From Candidatus Falkowbacteria bacterium (GTDB lineage: Bacteria > Patescibacteriota > Patescibacteriia > Patescibacteriales > UBA12465): a stretch of DNA of 64,000 nt. The position numbers and the translations under genes are program-made. Each line of letters opens with the position of its first letter. The first letter of the stretch is position 1. Location: the NCBI GenBank assembly GCA_037137655.1, contig JBAXJX010000002.1, positions 293,730 through 357,729 on the forward strand, in the 5' to 3' direction. Below are positions 1-8,668 of this stretch, in pieces. Under the pieces are notes generated by a model. The model did no database searches and had not been told where the DNA came from. It saw only the letters and a list, made by a program, of their open reading frames with translations.

Positions 1-1
1 G

Positions 2-1057
2 TTTGATTCTAAAAATCCAGCCATGCCGGATAATTTTAAAAAACTACAAGATAAAGTTTTAACTTATACTTTTGGTGATATTGAAAGTGCCTATAAATTA
101 AAAGAAGTCGGCAACCCAAACAAAGTTGGCGCTGCCATGTTGCTTGAACCTTATTGGCCAAACAATTATATCTTTGGCGCTTTATCTTATCCAACAGTTG
201 GTTTGTATAAAGGTAAATATGCAACTAAACCAAACAGCAATACTACAGCTTGCCAAATAAATAATTTAGCTGAACGTTGTAACGGTTTTGGCTTGGATAT
301 GATTAATTTAATTCATCCAGTTCCAAGTTCTAATAATTATTTTGTCGAAAACACTAACTATAATAATTATACCAGCAGCACAGTTGTTCTTAAGGATAGT
401 ATTTCTTATATAAAATCAAATTGGAATTATAATAATTTTTGGTCAACTTTAAAAATGTTGCAATCAAGCTTGAGTGATGATCAAAGTATTCGTCCAGTTT
501 TTGCGCGCAATGATATTTATGATAAAAAAGAAATTAACCGCTCTTTGGCGACTTGGGTTAATTTACAATTACCAATGGATGTTTTTGATCCGTATAAAGA
601 AAAGACAGGTAGTGCGATGGGTGCGACGAATAATGATTATTTTAAATCAGTTCAATATGCTTATGTCGAACCTAATTTGGGTTTGATAGATGAATTAATT
701 GCCAATGCTGAGATGACTGATAAAATGTTCCAGGCTTTAAAAATCTATAATGACGTATCTTCCGCTTCAGGTGATTTACGCGATTTACTTTATCGTTTAA
801 ATATTTTGCGCGGCATTATGGTAAAAGAGTTGAACTCACAAAATATTGAGGATGCTGATTATCAATTTTTAGATAAATTAAGTAAAGAATATCAAGTTAA
901 AACTAATGCGACCAAGAGCTTTGTGATTAGTGGTAAAAATGGTTCGAGTATCACTGAGAGTTTGCCGGATATTAAATTGGAATTATTGATTCAAAAGCGA
1001 GGTAACGATTTAATCTTGAACGTTGGACCAGCATTTAATTATTGGGAAAAGAAATAA
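2..1057 (+). CDS. hypothetical protein, probably 5'-truncated by the window edge (weak DUF3160-like C-terminal region)
   Basis: Frame is open from base 2 to TAA at 1055-1057 (first ATG at 23). No catalytic motif recognised. 'INRSLATWVNLQ' and 'YAYVEPNLGLIDEL' weakly recall DUF3160-type secreted proteins. Confidence 0.5.
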   Translation, partial: FDSKNPAMPDNFKKLQDKVLTYTFGDIESAYKLKEVGNPNKVGAAMLLEPYWPNNYIFGALSYPTVGLYKGKYATKPNSNTTACQINNLAERCNGFGLDMINLIHPVPSSNNYFVENTNYNNYTSSTVVLKDSISYIKSNWNYNNFWSTLKMLQSSLSDDQSIRPVFARNDIYDKKEINRSLATWVNLQLPMDVFDPYKEKTGSAMGATNNDYFKSVQYAYVEPNLGLIDELIANAEMTDKMFQALKIYNDVSSASGDLRDLLYRLNILRGIMVKELNSQNIEDADYQFLDKLSKEYQVKTNATKSFVISGKNGSSITESLPDIKLELLIQKRGNDLILNVGPAFNYWEKK

Positions 1058-1060
1058 GGG

Positions 1061-2782
1061 TTGAATATTATGGTTAAATTTGGAAAAGATATTTTTTGGA
1101 CAAGAGCTTTGCTGTTAACGCTGGCGGTGATATTTTTTATAATGTCCGCCAGTTTTAATTATCTAAAACAATCATCCGATTTTGTGAAATGGAATTCACC
1201 TGATGAAACTGCCAATTATTTTTTTACTAAACTTTATGCTGAGACCGGCGACTTACGTTCTTATGAGAAATTCAATTTAACGGCCGATGATTTAATTCAT
1301 CCGCGCAGTGTGCGTAGTGACGATGGCGTGTTGAAACCGGTGAGTTTTTTGGGCATGATTTTACTTTATGGCACCATTGCCAAGATCGTCGGTGTCGGTG
1401 TTCTGCCATACCTTACTCCATTGTTAGGTGCTATCGGTATCATCTCCTTTTATTTACTTGTTAAAGAAATCTTTAGTCGTAAAATTGCTTTGATTTCAGC
1501 TGTGCTCTTAACTTTTTTTCCGCCCTATATTTATTATAGTGCTCGTAGTTTTTTCCATAATGTACCGTTCGTCGTTTTGGCGGTCATGGGTTTCTATTTT
1601 GTGGCCCGATTCTTGCGCCAAAAAGATTATGAAGTTACCAATCATCCTTTAGCTAAAAATAAAATCGTGGCCCAAAAGTTTATTTGGTCAGCTCTGGCCG
1701 GATTTTTTATTGGCCTAGCATTACTAACTCGAACCTCGGAGGCGATTTGGTTATTGCCAACTTTGTTTGTAGTTTGGGTGTGTAATTTGGGTCGAGTTGA
1801 TTGGTTTAAATTCGCCATCTTCTTTTGTTTTATTTGGTTAGCGCTTATCCCGATGTTTTTTTGGAACCAGGCTTTATACGGTTCAGCTTTTGCCAGTGGT
1901 TATAGCGAGATGAATACCACAGTTCAATCTCTGGTGAAGACTGGCGTCTCTGGGGCGCGACCAAGCGCTATTTTAACTAAAGTGCGCGATACGATTTTCT
2001 ATTTTGGTTACAATCCAAAACAATCTTTCAAAATGGCGTATCATTATTTTGTGGAAATGTTTTATTGGATTTTTTGGCCAGCAGTTTTAGGCTTTTTATT
2101 GTTATTGTTCCAGATTAAAAAATGGAAAGGCCGTCACTACACTTATTTTATCGCCGCGATCCCGGTCGTTTTAATTTTAATTCTTTATTACGGTTCTTGG
2201 CAGTTTAGTGATAATCCAGATCCGACTCGTTTTACAATTGGTAATTCATATACTCGTTATTGGTTACCAGTTTATCTAATGGCGATACCATTGGCGTCAT
2301 TTTTTCTTTTTCAATTTTCCCGTTGGTTTTTCCGTCGCAGTCGTTTTTTGCATCGAGTTGGATTAGCTTTTATTCTTGGAATTATTGCCGTGCTGTCGGT
2401 AAATTTTGTGCTTTTTGGCTCAGAGGAGGGTTTGATGTATGCCTTAAATAATAATACGATTGATCGCACAATTTATGATCACGTTTTGGCGCAAACCGAA
2501 CCGGAGGCCGTGATTATTACTCGTTACCATGACAAAATTTTGTGGCCAGAACGCCGCGTTATTCTTGGTACTTTGACGGATGATAATATGAACACGTACT
2601 ATGGTAAATTATTAAAAATAACTCCAGTTTATTATTTCAATTTTACTTTTTCAGAAAAAGATGTAAAATATCTCAACGACAGTAAATTAATTAAATTTGG
2701 CTTCAATATTGAACCCCTTGATAAAATTGATAGTTTCTCACTTTATCGCTTATTTGCCAGTTCGACTGCCGTTAAAAAATAA
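1061..2782 (+). CDS. GT-C fold membrane glycosyltransferase (family 39 / ArnT-PMT-like)
   Basis: 573 aa with about 10 or more hydrophobic helices. Asp-Glu motif in the first external loop ('NSPDETANYFF'), typical of GT39/ArnT-type enzymes. TTG start at 1061, alternative ATG at 1070. Confidence 0.6.
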   Translation: MNIMVKFGKDIFWTRALLLTLAVIFFIMSASFNYLKQSSDFVKWNSPDETANYFFTKLYAETGDLRSYEKFNLTADDLIHPRSVRSDDGVLKPVSFLGMILLYGTIAKIVGVGVLPYLTPLLGAIGIISFYLLVKEIFSRKIALISAVLLTFFPPYIYYSARSFFHNVPFVVLAVMGFYFVARFLRQKDYEVTNHPLAKNKIVAQKFIWSALAGFFIGLALLTRTSEAIWLLPTLFVVWVCNLGRVDWFKFAIFFCFIWLALIPMFFWNQALYGSAFASGYSEMNTTVQSLVKTGVSGARPSAILTKVRDTIFYFGYNPKQSFKMAYHYFVEMFYWIFWPAVLGFLLLLFQIKKWKGRHYTYFIAAIPVVLILILYYGSWQFSDNPDPTRFTIGNSYTRYWLPVYLMAIPLASFFLFQFSRWFFRRSRFLHRVGLAFILGIIAVLSVNFVLFGSEEGLMYALNNNTIDRTIYDHVLAQTEPEAVIITRYHDKILWPERRVILGTLTDDNMNTYYGKLLKITPVYYFNFTFSEKDVKYLNDSKLIKFGFNIEPLDKIDSFSLYRLFASSTAVKK

Positions 2783-2787
2783 AATTT

Positions 2788-4074
2788 ATGACCTATTATA
2801 TTATTGTTATCGGCTGCCAAATGAATGTGGCCGACAGTGAGCGCCTGGCAGCTTATTTAGAGTCTAATGGCTATACTTTGGCATTAGATGAGAATAAAGC
2901 TGATGTCGTGATCATTACGACCTGTGGCGTGAAGCAATCAGCCGAGGATCGGGCTTACGGCATTGTTAATCAATTGAAAAAGAAAAATAAGAAAGCGACC
3001 ATTGTGATTACTGGTTGTTTAAGTGAGCGTCCGGATGTAAAACGACGTTTGAAGGGTCAGGTTGATATTTGGTTGCCGACTATTCAAATGGAAACATTGT
3101 TGGAGCAAATAAAAAAAAGTCGTCCGAGTGATGCCAAAATTGATCCACGTAATTATCTAAAGATTGCACCAAAGTACCAATCAACTTTTACAGCTTATGT
3201 GCCTATTGGTAATGGTTGTAATAATTTTTGTTCATATTGCGCCGTGCCTTATGCGCGGGGACGTGAAGTTTATCGTCCAGCTGGAGAAATTGTGAAAGAG
3301 GTTAAAGATTTGCTGGGTCGAGGCTTTAAAGAAATTGTTTTATTGGCACAAAATGTAAATAGTTACAAATCCGGCACAGTTGATTTTCCAAAATTGTTAG
3401 AAAAAGTTAATGCCTTGCCAGGAAATTTTTGGTTACGTCTTTTTTCGAGCCATCCAAAAGATATGAGTGGGGCGCTTATTAAAACGATGGCAAAATGTGA
3501 CAAGTTATGTGAACATGTTCATTTGGCGGTTCAATCGGGTGATGACAAAATACTACAAGCTATGAATCGTAAATACACTTCAGCTCATTTTCAAGATTTA
3601 ATCGTTAAAATTCGCAAGGCCATGGCTAAACGTTCGGTGCCGGTGGCAATCACTACTGATGTGATTGTGGGTTTTCCGGGTGAAGGTAAAAAAGAATTTA
3701 AAAATACTTTGAAATTATTTAAAGATGTAAAATTCGACTTGGCTTATGTTTCCAAATACAGTCCACGCTTTGGTACAGTCGCCTCTAAAATGAAAGATGA
3801 TGTGCCTCTTGTTGAAAAGAAATTGCGCGAACAAGAGTTGGGCGCTTTATTGAAAAAAACAGCCCTGGCCAATAACAAAAGTTATTTACATAAAACGGTG
3901 GATGTTTTACTTGAAGGTCGCAATCGTCACGGTCAGTTGTATGGAAAAACTAGAACTTATAAATTTGTCACCTTAGAAGATTCCAAAAAGATTGGTGATG
4001 ATTTGATCGGACAAATTGTGAAAATAAAAATTAACCAAGTGCGCGAGTTTGCCTTGGAAGGGAAACTAGTTTAA
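2788..4074 (+). CDS. miaB: tRNA (i6A37) methylthiotransferase MiaB (radical SAM)
   Basis: N-terminal MTTase domain 'VIGCQMNVADSE', radical-SAM cluster motif 'CNNFCSYCAVPYARG', C-terminal TRAM-like region. Sits directly upstream of miaA. Confidence 0.85.
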   Translation: MTYYIIVIGCQMNVADSERLAAYLESNGYTLALDENKADVVIITTCGVKQSAEDRAYGIVNQLKKKNKKATIVITGCLSERPDVKRRLKGQVDIWLPTIQMETLLEQIKKSRPSDAKIDPRNYLKIAPKYQSTFTAYVPIGNGCNNFCSYCAVPYARGREVYRPAGEIVKEVKDLLGRGFKEIVLLAQNVNSYKSGTVDFPKLLEKVNALPGNFWLRLFSSHPKDMSGALIKTMAKCDKLCEHVHLAVQSGDDKILQAMNRKYTSAHFQDLIVKIRKAMAKRSVPVAITTDVIVGFPGEGKKEFKNTLKLFKDVKFDLAYVSKYSPRFGTVASKMKDDVPLVEKKLREQELGALLKKTALANNKSYLHKTVDVLLEGRNRHGQLYGKTRTYKFVTLEDSKKIGDDLIGQIVKIKINQVREFALEGKLV

Positions 4075-4080
4075 TTTTTT

Positions 4081-4998
4081 ATGAAGAAGACAAAGGTGGT
4101 GGTAATTTTAGGATGTACAGCCAGTGGTAAAACTGGACTAGGCATAAAACTAGCCGATTTATTTGGCGGGGAAATAATTAGCGCTGATAGCCGCCAAGTT
4201 TTTAAAGGTATGAATGTCGGCAGTGGCAAGGATTTAAAAGACTACGTTAACGCTAAAATTCCATATCACTTAATTGATGTTGTTAAACCAAATACTAAAT
4301 TTTCTCTAGCTAAATATCAACGTTTGGCCGAGGCAGCGATTAATGATATTTGGCGCCGCGGGAAATTACCTTTAATTGTCGGTGGCACTGGTTTGTATTT
4401 ACAGGCCGTGATTGAAGATTATAAATTAGCGGATGTAAAAACTGATTTTAAAAAACGGGAAGAATTGGAAGCTTTGTCGCTCGAGGAATTATTCTCACGT
4501 TTAAATTTTTTAAGCCCAGAATTTGCGACCCGATTAAATAATAGTGATCTTAATAATAAGAGACGCTTAGCTCGTTACATAGAAATTTTTTCCCAAGACG
4601 CTGATTTTGCACCGCGAAAATTTACTGCCAACACCAAATATGATTTTTTGTTAATTGGTATTGATTGGCCGATGGACGTCTTGGAAGGTCGCATTCGTCA
4701 TCGCTTAATGGAGCGCTTGGAGAAAGAAGATATGATTGGTGAAGTAAAGCAATTACATCAAGATGGTGTTTCCTGGAAACGTTTGGAAGGTTTTGGATTA
4801 GAATATAAATATGTTTCCTGGTATTTGCAGGGGAAGATGGATTATGAAGATATGGTAGAAAAATTAAATACGGCTATTCGCCAGTTCGCCAAAAAACAAA
4901 AGTCTTGGTGGAAGCGCTGGGAGAAACAAGGAGCTAAGATTAATTGGGTGAATGATTTTTTAGAAGCGAAAGATTTAGTAAAAGGATTTGTAAAATAA
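4081..4998 (+). CDS. miaA: tRNA dimethylallyltransferase MiaA
   Basis: P-loop 'GCTASGKTGLGIKLA', 'ISADSRQVFKGMNVGSGK', 'LIVGGTGLYLQAV'. Confidence 0.9.
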   Translation: MKKTKVVVILGCTASGKTGLGIKLADLFGGEIISADSRQVFKGMNVGSGKDLKDYVNAKIPYHLIDVVKPNTKFSLAKYQRLAEAAINDIWRRGKLPLIVGGTGLYLQAVIEDYKLADVKTDFKKREELEALSLEELFSRLNFLSPEFATRLNNSDLNNKRRLARYIEIFSQDADFAPRKFTANTKYDFLLIGIDWPMDVLEGRIRHRLMERLEKEDMIGEVKQLHQDGVSWKRLEGFGLEYKYVSWYLQGKMDYEDMVEKLNTAIRQFAKKQKSWWKRWEKQGAKINWVNDFLEAKDLVKGFVK

Positions 4999-5001
4999 AA
5001 A

Positions 5002-5028
5002 AGACTTCAATTTTTGAAGTCTTTTTTT
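5002..5028. terminator. bidirectional intrinsic terminator between convergent miaA and pilin gene
   Basis: Perfect 9-bp stem agacttcaa/ttgaagtct with 3-nt loop. A-run on the left and T-run on the right. Confidence 0.8.
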
Positions 5029-5045
5029 ATAGGTAAATTTGAGAG

Positions 5046-6188
5046 TTAGTTTCTTAAGCATCGGATAGAGAAGGACACATCACGGGAACTGCCAGCTCTG
5101 TACACTCCGTCATAAGTTCGGCTAACCCGGTAATAGTATGATGTGCCTTGATCTAACTCAGAGTAAGCTGACCACATATAACCATTGTCTCCATAAGCAC
5201 CACCGTTAAAGCCAGAAAGAATAAAATTAAATCCACTGCGACCACAAATATCAGTACCGCTCATATAACAGTCGGAGGCTTGTTTTAAGCTATCAGCAGC
5301 ACCGACGCAACCCCAGCCGCTAATTAGGTCGCAGCTTGTCGGACTGCTGGTGGCTACTAATTCGTGTAATTCGTTATCACTTGGGATATGCCAGCCACTT
5401 GGGCAAATGCCTTGATGTTTTTGATCTATTTTATATGTTTGTCCGCCTAAGCCACATTGGCTACCAGCTGCTTGTAGGTCGGCGTAATAAGCTGAACTAT
5501 TGCAAGCCTTTGGAAATCCCATAGCTTCCGCCCATTGATATAAACTGCCATTAGCAGTGTTGACGAATATTTTTTCTAAATTATTATCATCAGAGAAGTT
5601 CGAATTATTAACGCCGATATTCATATTTGTTTTCATCCAACATTGGGATCCGATTTGAATCGTGCCATAGGTACAAGTATCATAATCTGGTGCTCCGGTG
5701 TTGCAGTTATGCCCTTTGATTGAGGCGATAGTGATTGTTCGTCCACAAGAACTTATGCTTGGGCATTTACCCGGGACAACACCTTTAGGTGTGGCACAAT
5801 TAAGTCCAGAAGCGATATCGCTACTCGTCGCACTTAAGCAAAATTGAAGCTCGTAGCTGCCATTATCTAATTTTTGATAAGCATAATTATCGTTAGCACA
5901 AGCACCATCAGCTTGCGGGGCTGGATTGTTCGGGATAGAAGACATGTAAGTTGTTGATGATCGAGTGCCGAGTAAATCGCCGCCAAAATTTATAGAAGTC
6001 GGGTAGCTTTGTTCGTCACGATAATAATTTTCCAAGACGAGTTGAATTTTTTTAATATCAGTCACGCGTTTAGTGTCGCGCCCTTTGGCGCGGAGCGTGC
6101 TAATGGAAAAAGTGGCAATTGTAATTAAGGTGCCAATAATCGCGACCACCACCAATAATTCGATCAGTGTAAAGCCTCTTTTTTTCAT
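5046..6188 (-). CDS. prepilin-type protein with C-terminal FISUMP (Fibrobacter succinogenes major paralogous) domain
   Basis: N-terminus 'MKKRGFTLIELLVVVAIIGTL' is a class III signal (G|FTLIE, Glu5, hydrophobic helix). The C-terminal ~220 aa carries FISUMP hallmarks 'IGSQCWMKTNMN', 'LYQWAEAM', 'CPSGWHIPSDNELHEL', 'GFNFILSGF', 'GYMWSA'. Confidence 0.8.
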   Translation of the reverse strand: MKKRGFTLIELLVVVAIIGTLITIATFSISTLRAKGRDTKRVTDIKKIQLVLENYYRDEQSYPTSINFGGDLLGTRSSTTYMSSIPNNPAPQADGACANDNYAYQKLDNGSYELQFCLSATSSDIASGLNCATPKGVVPGKCPSISSCGRTITIASIKGHNCNTGAPDYDTCTYGTIQIGSQCWMKTNMNIGVNNSNFSDDNNLEKIFVNTANGSLYQWAEAMGFPKACNSSAYYADLQAAGSQCGLGGQTYKIDQKHQGICPSGWHIPSDNELHELVATSSPTSCDLISGWGCVGAADSLKQASDCYMSGTDICGRSGFNFILSGFNGGAYGDNGYMWSAYSELDQGTSYYYRVSRTYDGVYRAGSSRDVSFSIRCLRN

Positions 6189-6192
6189 AGTA

Positions 6193-7677
6193 TTAATCCA
6201 AATATTTTTTTAATAAATCAGCAACAATTGTAGGATTGGCTTTGCCTTTAGTTTTGGCCATAGTTTGTCCAACGAAGTATTGAAAAATCCCAGTCTTGCC
6301 GCTTTTGTAGGTAGCTACTTGTTCTGGGTTACTGTCGATTACATTTTTAACGATAGCTTCAAGTTCGTCACCACCACCCATTTGTTCTAAGTTTAATTCG
6401 GTCATTAAGTCGCTCGGATCTTTTTTGGTTTCGACCATGGCTTTTAGAATTGTTTGCCCGGCAGAAGAGTTTATTTTATTTTCGTAGAGCATTAATATTA
6501 ATTTAGCAAAATCACCAGCACTTGGTCGCGCCGCAGAATCATATTTTAATAGTTCGCTGGTTATCCAATTACCAGCTAAGGTTGATAGTTTCTGCTCTTG
6601 GCGCACAAAAGAATCACCTTGGGATATGATCCAAGCGTTTAATTCAGAAATAACATTTTCATACCACTCTGATAATTCTTTGTCGTTAATTAAAATCTCG
6701 GCAATTTCTTCGCGCAATTCGTATTCATGAATGAAGCGAGTTTTTTTAGCTTCTGGTAATTCGGATAACTTCGAACGCAAATTTTCTAGTAATTCATCAC
6801 TAATAATAATTGGTGGAATATCTGGTTCAGAGAAGTAGCGATAATCAGCGGAGCTTTCTTTGATGCGTTGGCGCACAGTACAATTTTTATTATCATCCCA
6901 ACCACGAGTTTCTTGCCAAAGTTTTTCATCATCAGCAATAGCTTTAGTTTGGCGCACAACTTCATAGTTAATAGCCTTTTCGAGTGAGCGGAAAGAATTA
7001 ATATTTTTCACTTCCACTTTTGGATTTAATATGGCATCACCAACTGGATCGATGCGACCATCAATATATTGCCAAGAACCTGGAGTTTGAATCGAGATAT
7101 TAGCCTCACAACGCATTTGGCCTTTTTCCATATCGGCATCACTCACGTCGAGGTAACGTAAAATTTGTTGATATTTTTGGCAGAATTTTTTAGCCGTGGC
7201 CGCATCAGGAATTAATGGTTCGGTTACTAATTCAACGAGCGGGGTGCCAGCGCGATTAAAATCAATAAGGGTGTAGTCAGTCCCAGCTGGATGAGATAAT
7301 TTTCCAGTATCTTCTTCTAAGTGAATACGGGTAATTGGAATTTTTTGGTCATCAAATTCTAGTACACCATTATAAACTAACGGTAAGTCATATTGAGAAA
7401 TCTGATAACCTTTTGGAAGATCAGGGTAAAAATAATTTTTGCGATCAAATTTGGAAATCTGGTTAATGTCGCCATTGATAGCTAGACCAATTAAAATTGT
7501 GTCTTCAATCGCTTTTTGATTAGGGCGGGGTAGGGTGCCAGGATGGCCAAGACAAATCGGGCAAACAACAGTATTAGCTGCTTTGCCTTCAGAATTATTA
7601 TTACAAGAACAAAACATTTTGCTCTTAGTTTTTAGTTCGGCGTGGATTTCCAAGCCAATAATTACGTCATATTTCAT
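6193..7677 (-). CDS. gatB: Asp/Glu-tRNA amidotransferase subunit B
   Basis: 'MKYDVIIGLEIHAELKTKSKMFCSC', 'CPICLGHPGTLP', 'NRAGTPLVELVTEP', C-terminal GatB/YqeY domain. Confidence 0.95.
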   Translation of the reverse strand: MKYDVIIGLEIHAELKTKSKMFCSCNNNSEGKAANTVVCPICLGHPGTLPRPNQKAIEDTILIGLAINGDINQISKFDRKNYFYPDLPKGYQISQYDLPLVYNGVLEFDDQKIPITRIHLEEDTGKLSHPAGTDYTLIDFNRAGTPLVELVTEPLIPDAATAKKFCQKYQQILRYLDVSDADMEKGQMRCEANISIQTPGSWQYIDGRIDPVGDAILNPKVEVKNINSFRSLEKAINYEVVRQTKAIADDEKLWQETRGWDDNKNCTVRQRIKESSADYRYFSEPDIPPIIISDELLENLRSKLSELPEAKKTRFIHEYELREEIAEILINDKELSEWYENVISELNAWIISQGDSFVRQEQKLSTLAGNWITSELLKYDSAARPSAGDFAKLILMLYENKINSSAGQTILKAMVETKKDPSDLMTELNLEQMGGGDELEAIVKNVIDSNPEQVATYKSGKTGIFQYFVGQTMAKTKGKANPTIVADLLKKYLD

Positions 7678-7722
7678 ATATTTGTTAACTTTATTGTAGC
7701 AGACTGCTTAATTTTGCGCAAT

Positions 7723-7750
7723 AAAAAAGGTCCATATTGCTATGAACCTT
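7723..7750 (-). terminator. intrinsic terminator after the 7773..8528 gene
   Basis: 10-bp stem (one mismatch) aaggtccata/tatgaacctt, followed on the minus strand by a T-run. Confidence 0.6.
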
Positions 7751-7772
7751 AGTTTGATGTTTTCAGCCGTTT

Positions 7773-8528
7773 TTAAGGGCTACTGATAGTTTTGAAAATA
7801 AAATCTTCTCTTTTAGCTCCAGTCTTAAATCCGGCGGGAATCATTTGGATATTTTCCAAACTATCACCACTTAGAAAGTAGACTAAGCCATCATCGACAT
7901 AACCACCCATTAAAAATTCATTTTTCGGAATTACCATAACAACTACATTGTTTTTGTTGTTTTCGGTAAAGGTTGAAAAAGCCAGCGCATTATCTTTATT
8001 TTTTTGTTCGTCACTAATAAAAAATGTTTTCATTTGTGAAGAAAAATTAATGCTGCGGGTAATTTTTATGGTAGTTAAGATTTCCAAGGATTCAATTATT
8101 GTTAAGGCTTCTTCTTTTCCAGATTTTAAACTGTTTTCGATTTCACGATAACTAGTAATAGTTTCTCCTTGATTTAGAGTTGAGAAGTCAATTAACCAAT
8201 ATTTTTTACGAGTTGTTTTGGAATTTGCCGGAATCTTTCCAGTCCAAACAGCTTTAGCTTCTAGGCCATTAATTCCAATTGTTGGAACTAGGTAGAAATT
8301 TCGACTATTTTTATTTTGTTCAGCGGCTAATTCTAAATCTTCACGTGAAAAATTATTGATCTCATACTCGACATTATTTTCTTTTTTGCCCCAAGCTGTC
8401 GCGGCTTCAGAAGTGGAAATAAATTTGTTTCCAAAAATTTCTCGCGCTTCATTTTCGCTGATAGCTTTGGTAATTATTGGCTTGATAATCATAATCAAGC
8501 TAACAATAAGAATTGTTAAAGGTCTCAT
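7773..8528 (-). CDS. hypothetical secreted protein
   Basis: 251-aa ORF with N-terminal signal-like helix 'MRPLTILIVSLIMIIKPIITKA'. GGAGA Shine-Dalgarno 6 nt upstream. No recognised domain. Confidence 0.7.
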   Translation of the reverse strand: MRPLTILIVSLIMIIKPIITKAISENEAREIFGNKFISTSEAATAWGKKENNVEYEINNFSREDLELAAEQNKNSRNFYLVPTIGINGLEAKAVWTGKIPANSKTTRKKYWLIDFSTLNQGETITSYREIENSLKSGKEEALTIIESLEILTTIKITRSINFSSQMKTFFISDEQKNKDNALAFSTFTENNKNNVVVMVIPKNEFLMGGYVDDGLVYFLSGDSLENIQMIPAGFKTGAKREDFIFKTISSP

Positions 8529-8613
8529 GTTAGTCTCCTTTCTTTTTAGGAAATACTGTAATTGTGAATAAATAGACTATATCATATTATTTTTGTTTTG
8601 TCAATAAAAATAA

Positions 8614-8635
8614 CAAAAAACCCGCTTTTGGCGGG
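8614..8635 (-). terminator. intrinsic terminator after the 8669..10501 gene
   Basis: GC stem cccgc/gcggg with 5-nt loop, followed on the minus strand by TTTTTT. Confidence 0.55.
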
Positions 8636-8668
8636 AGTTTTGTTGTTTTATAAAGTGTCTGGTTTTTA

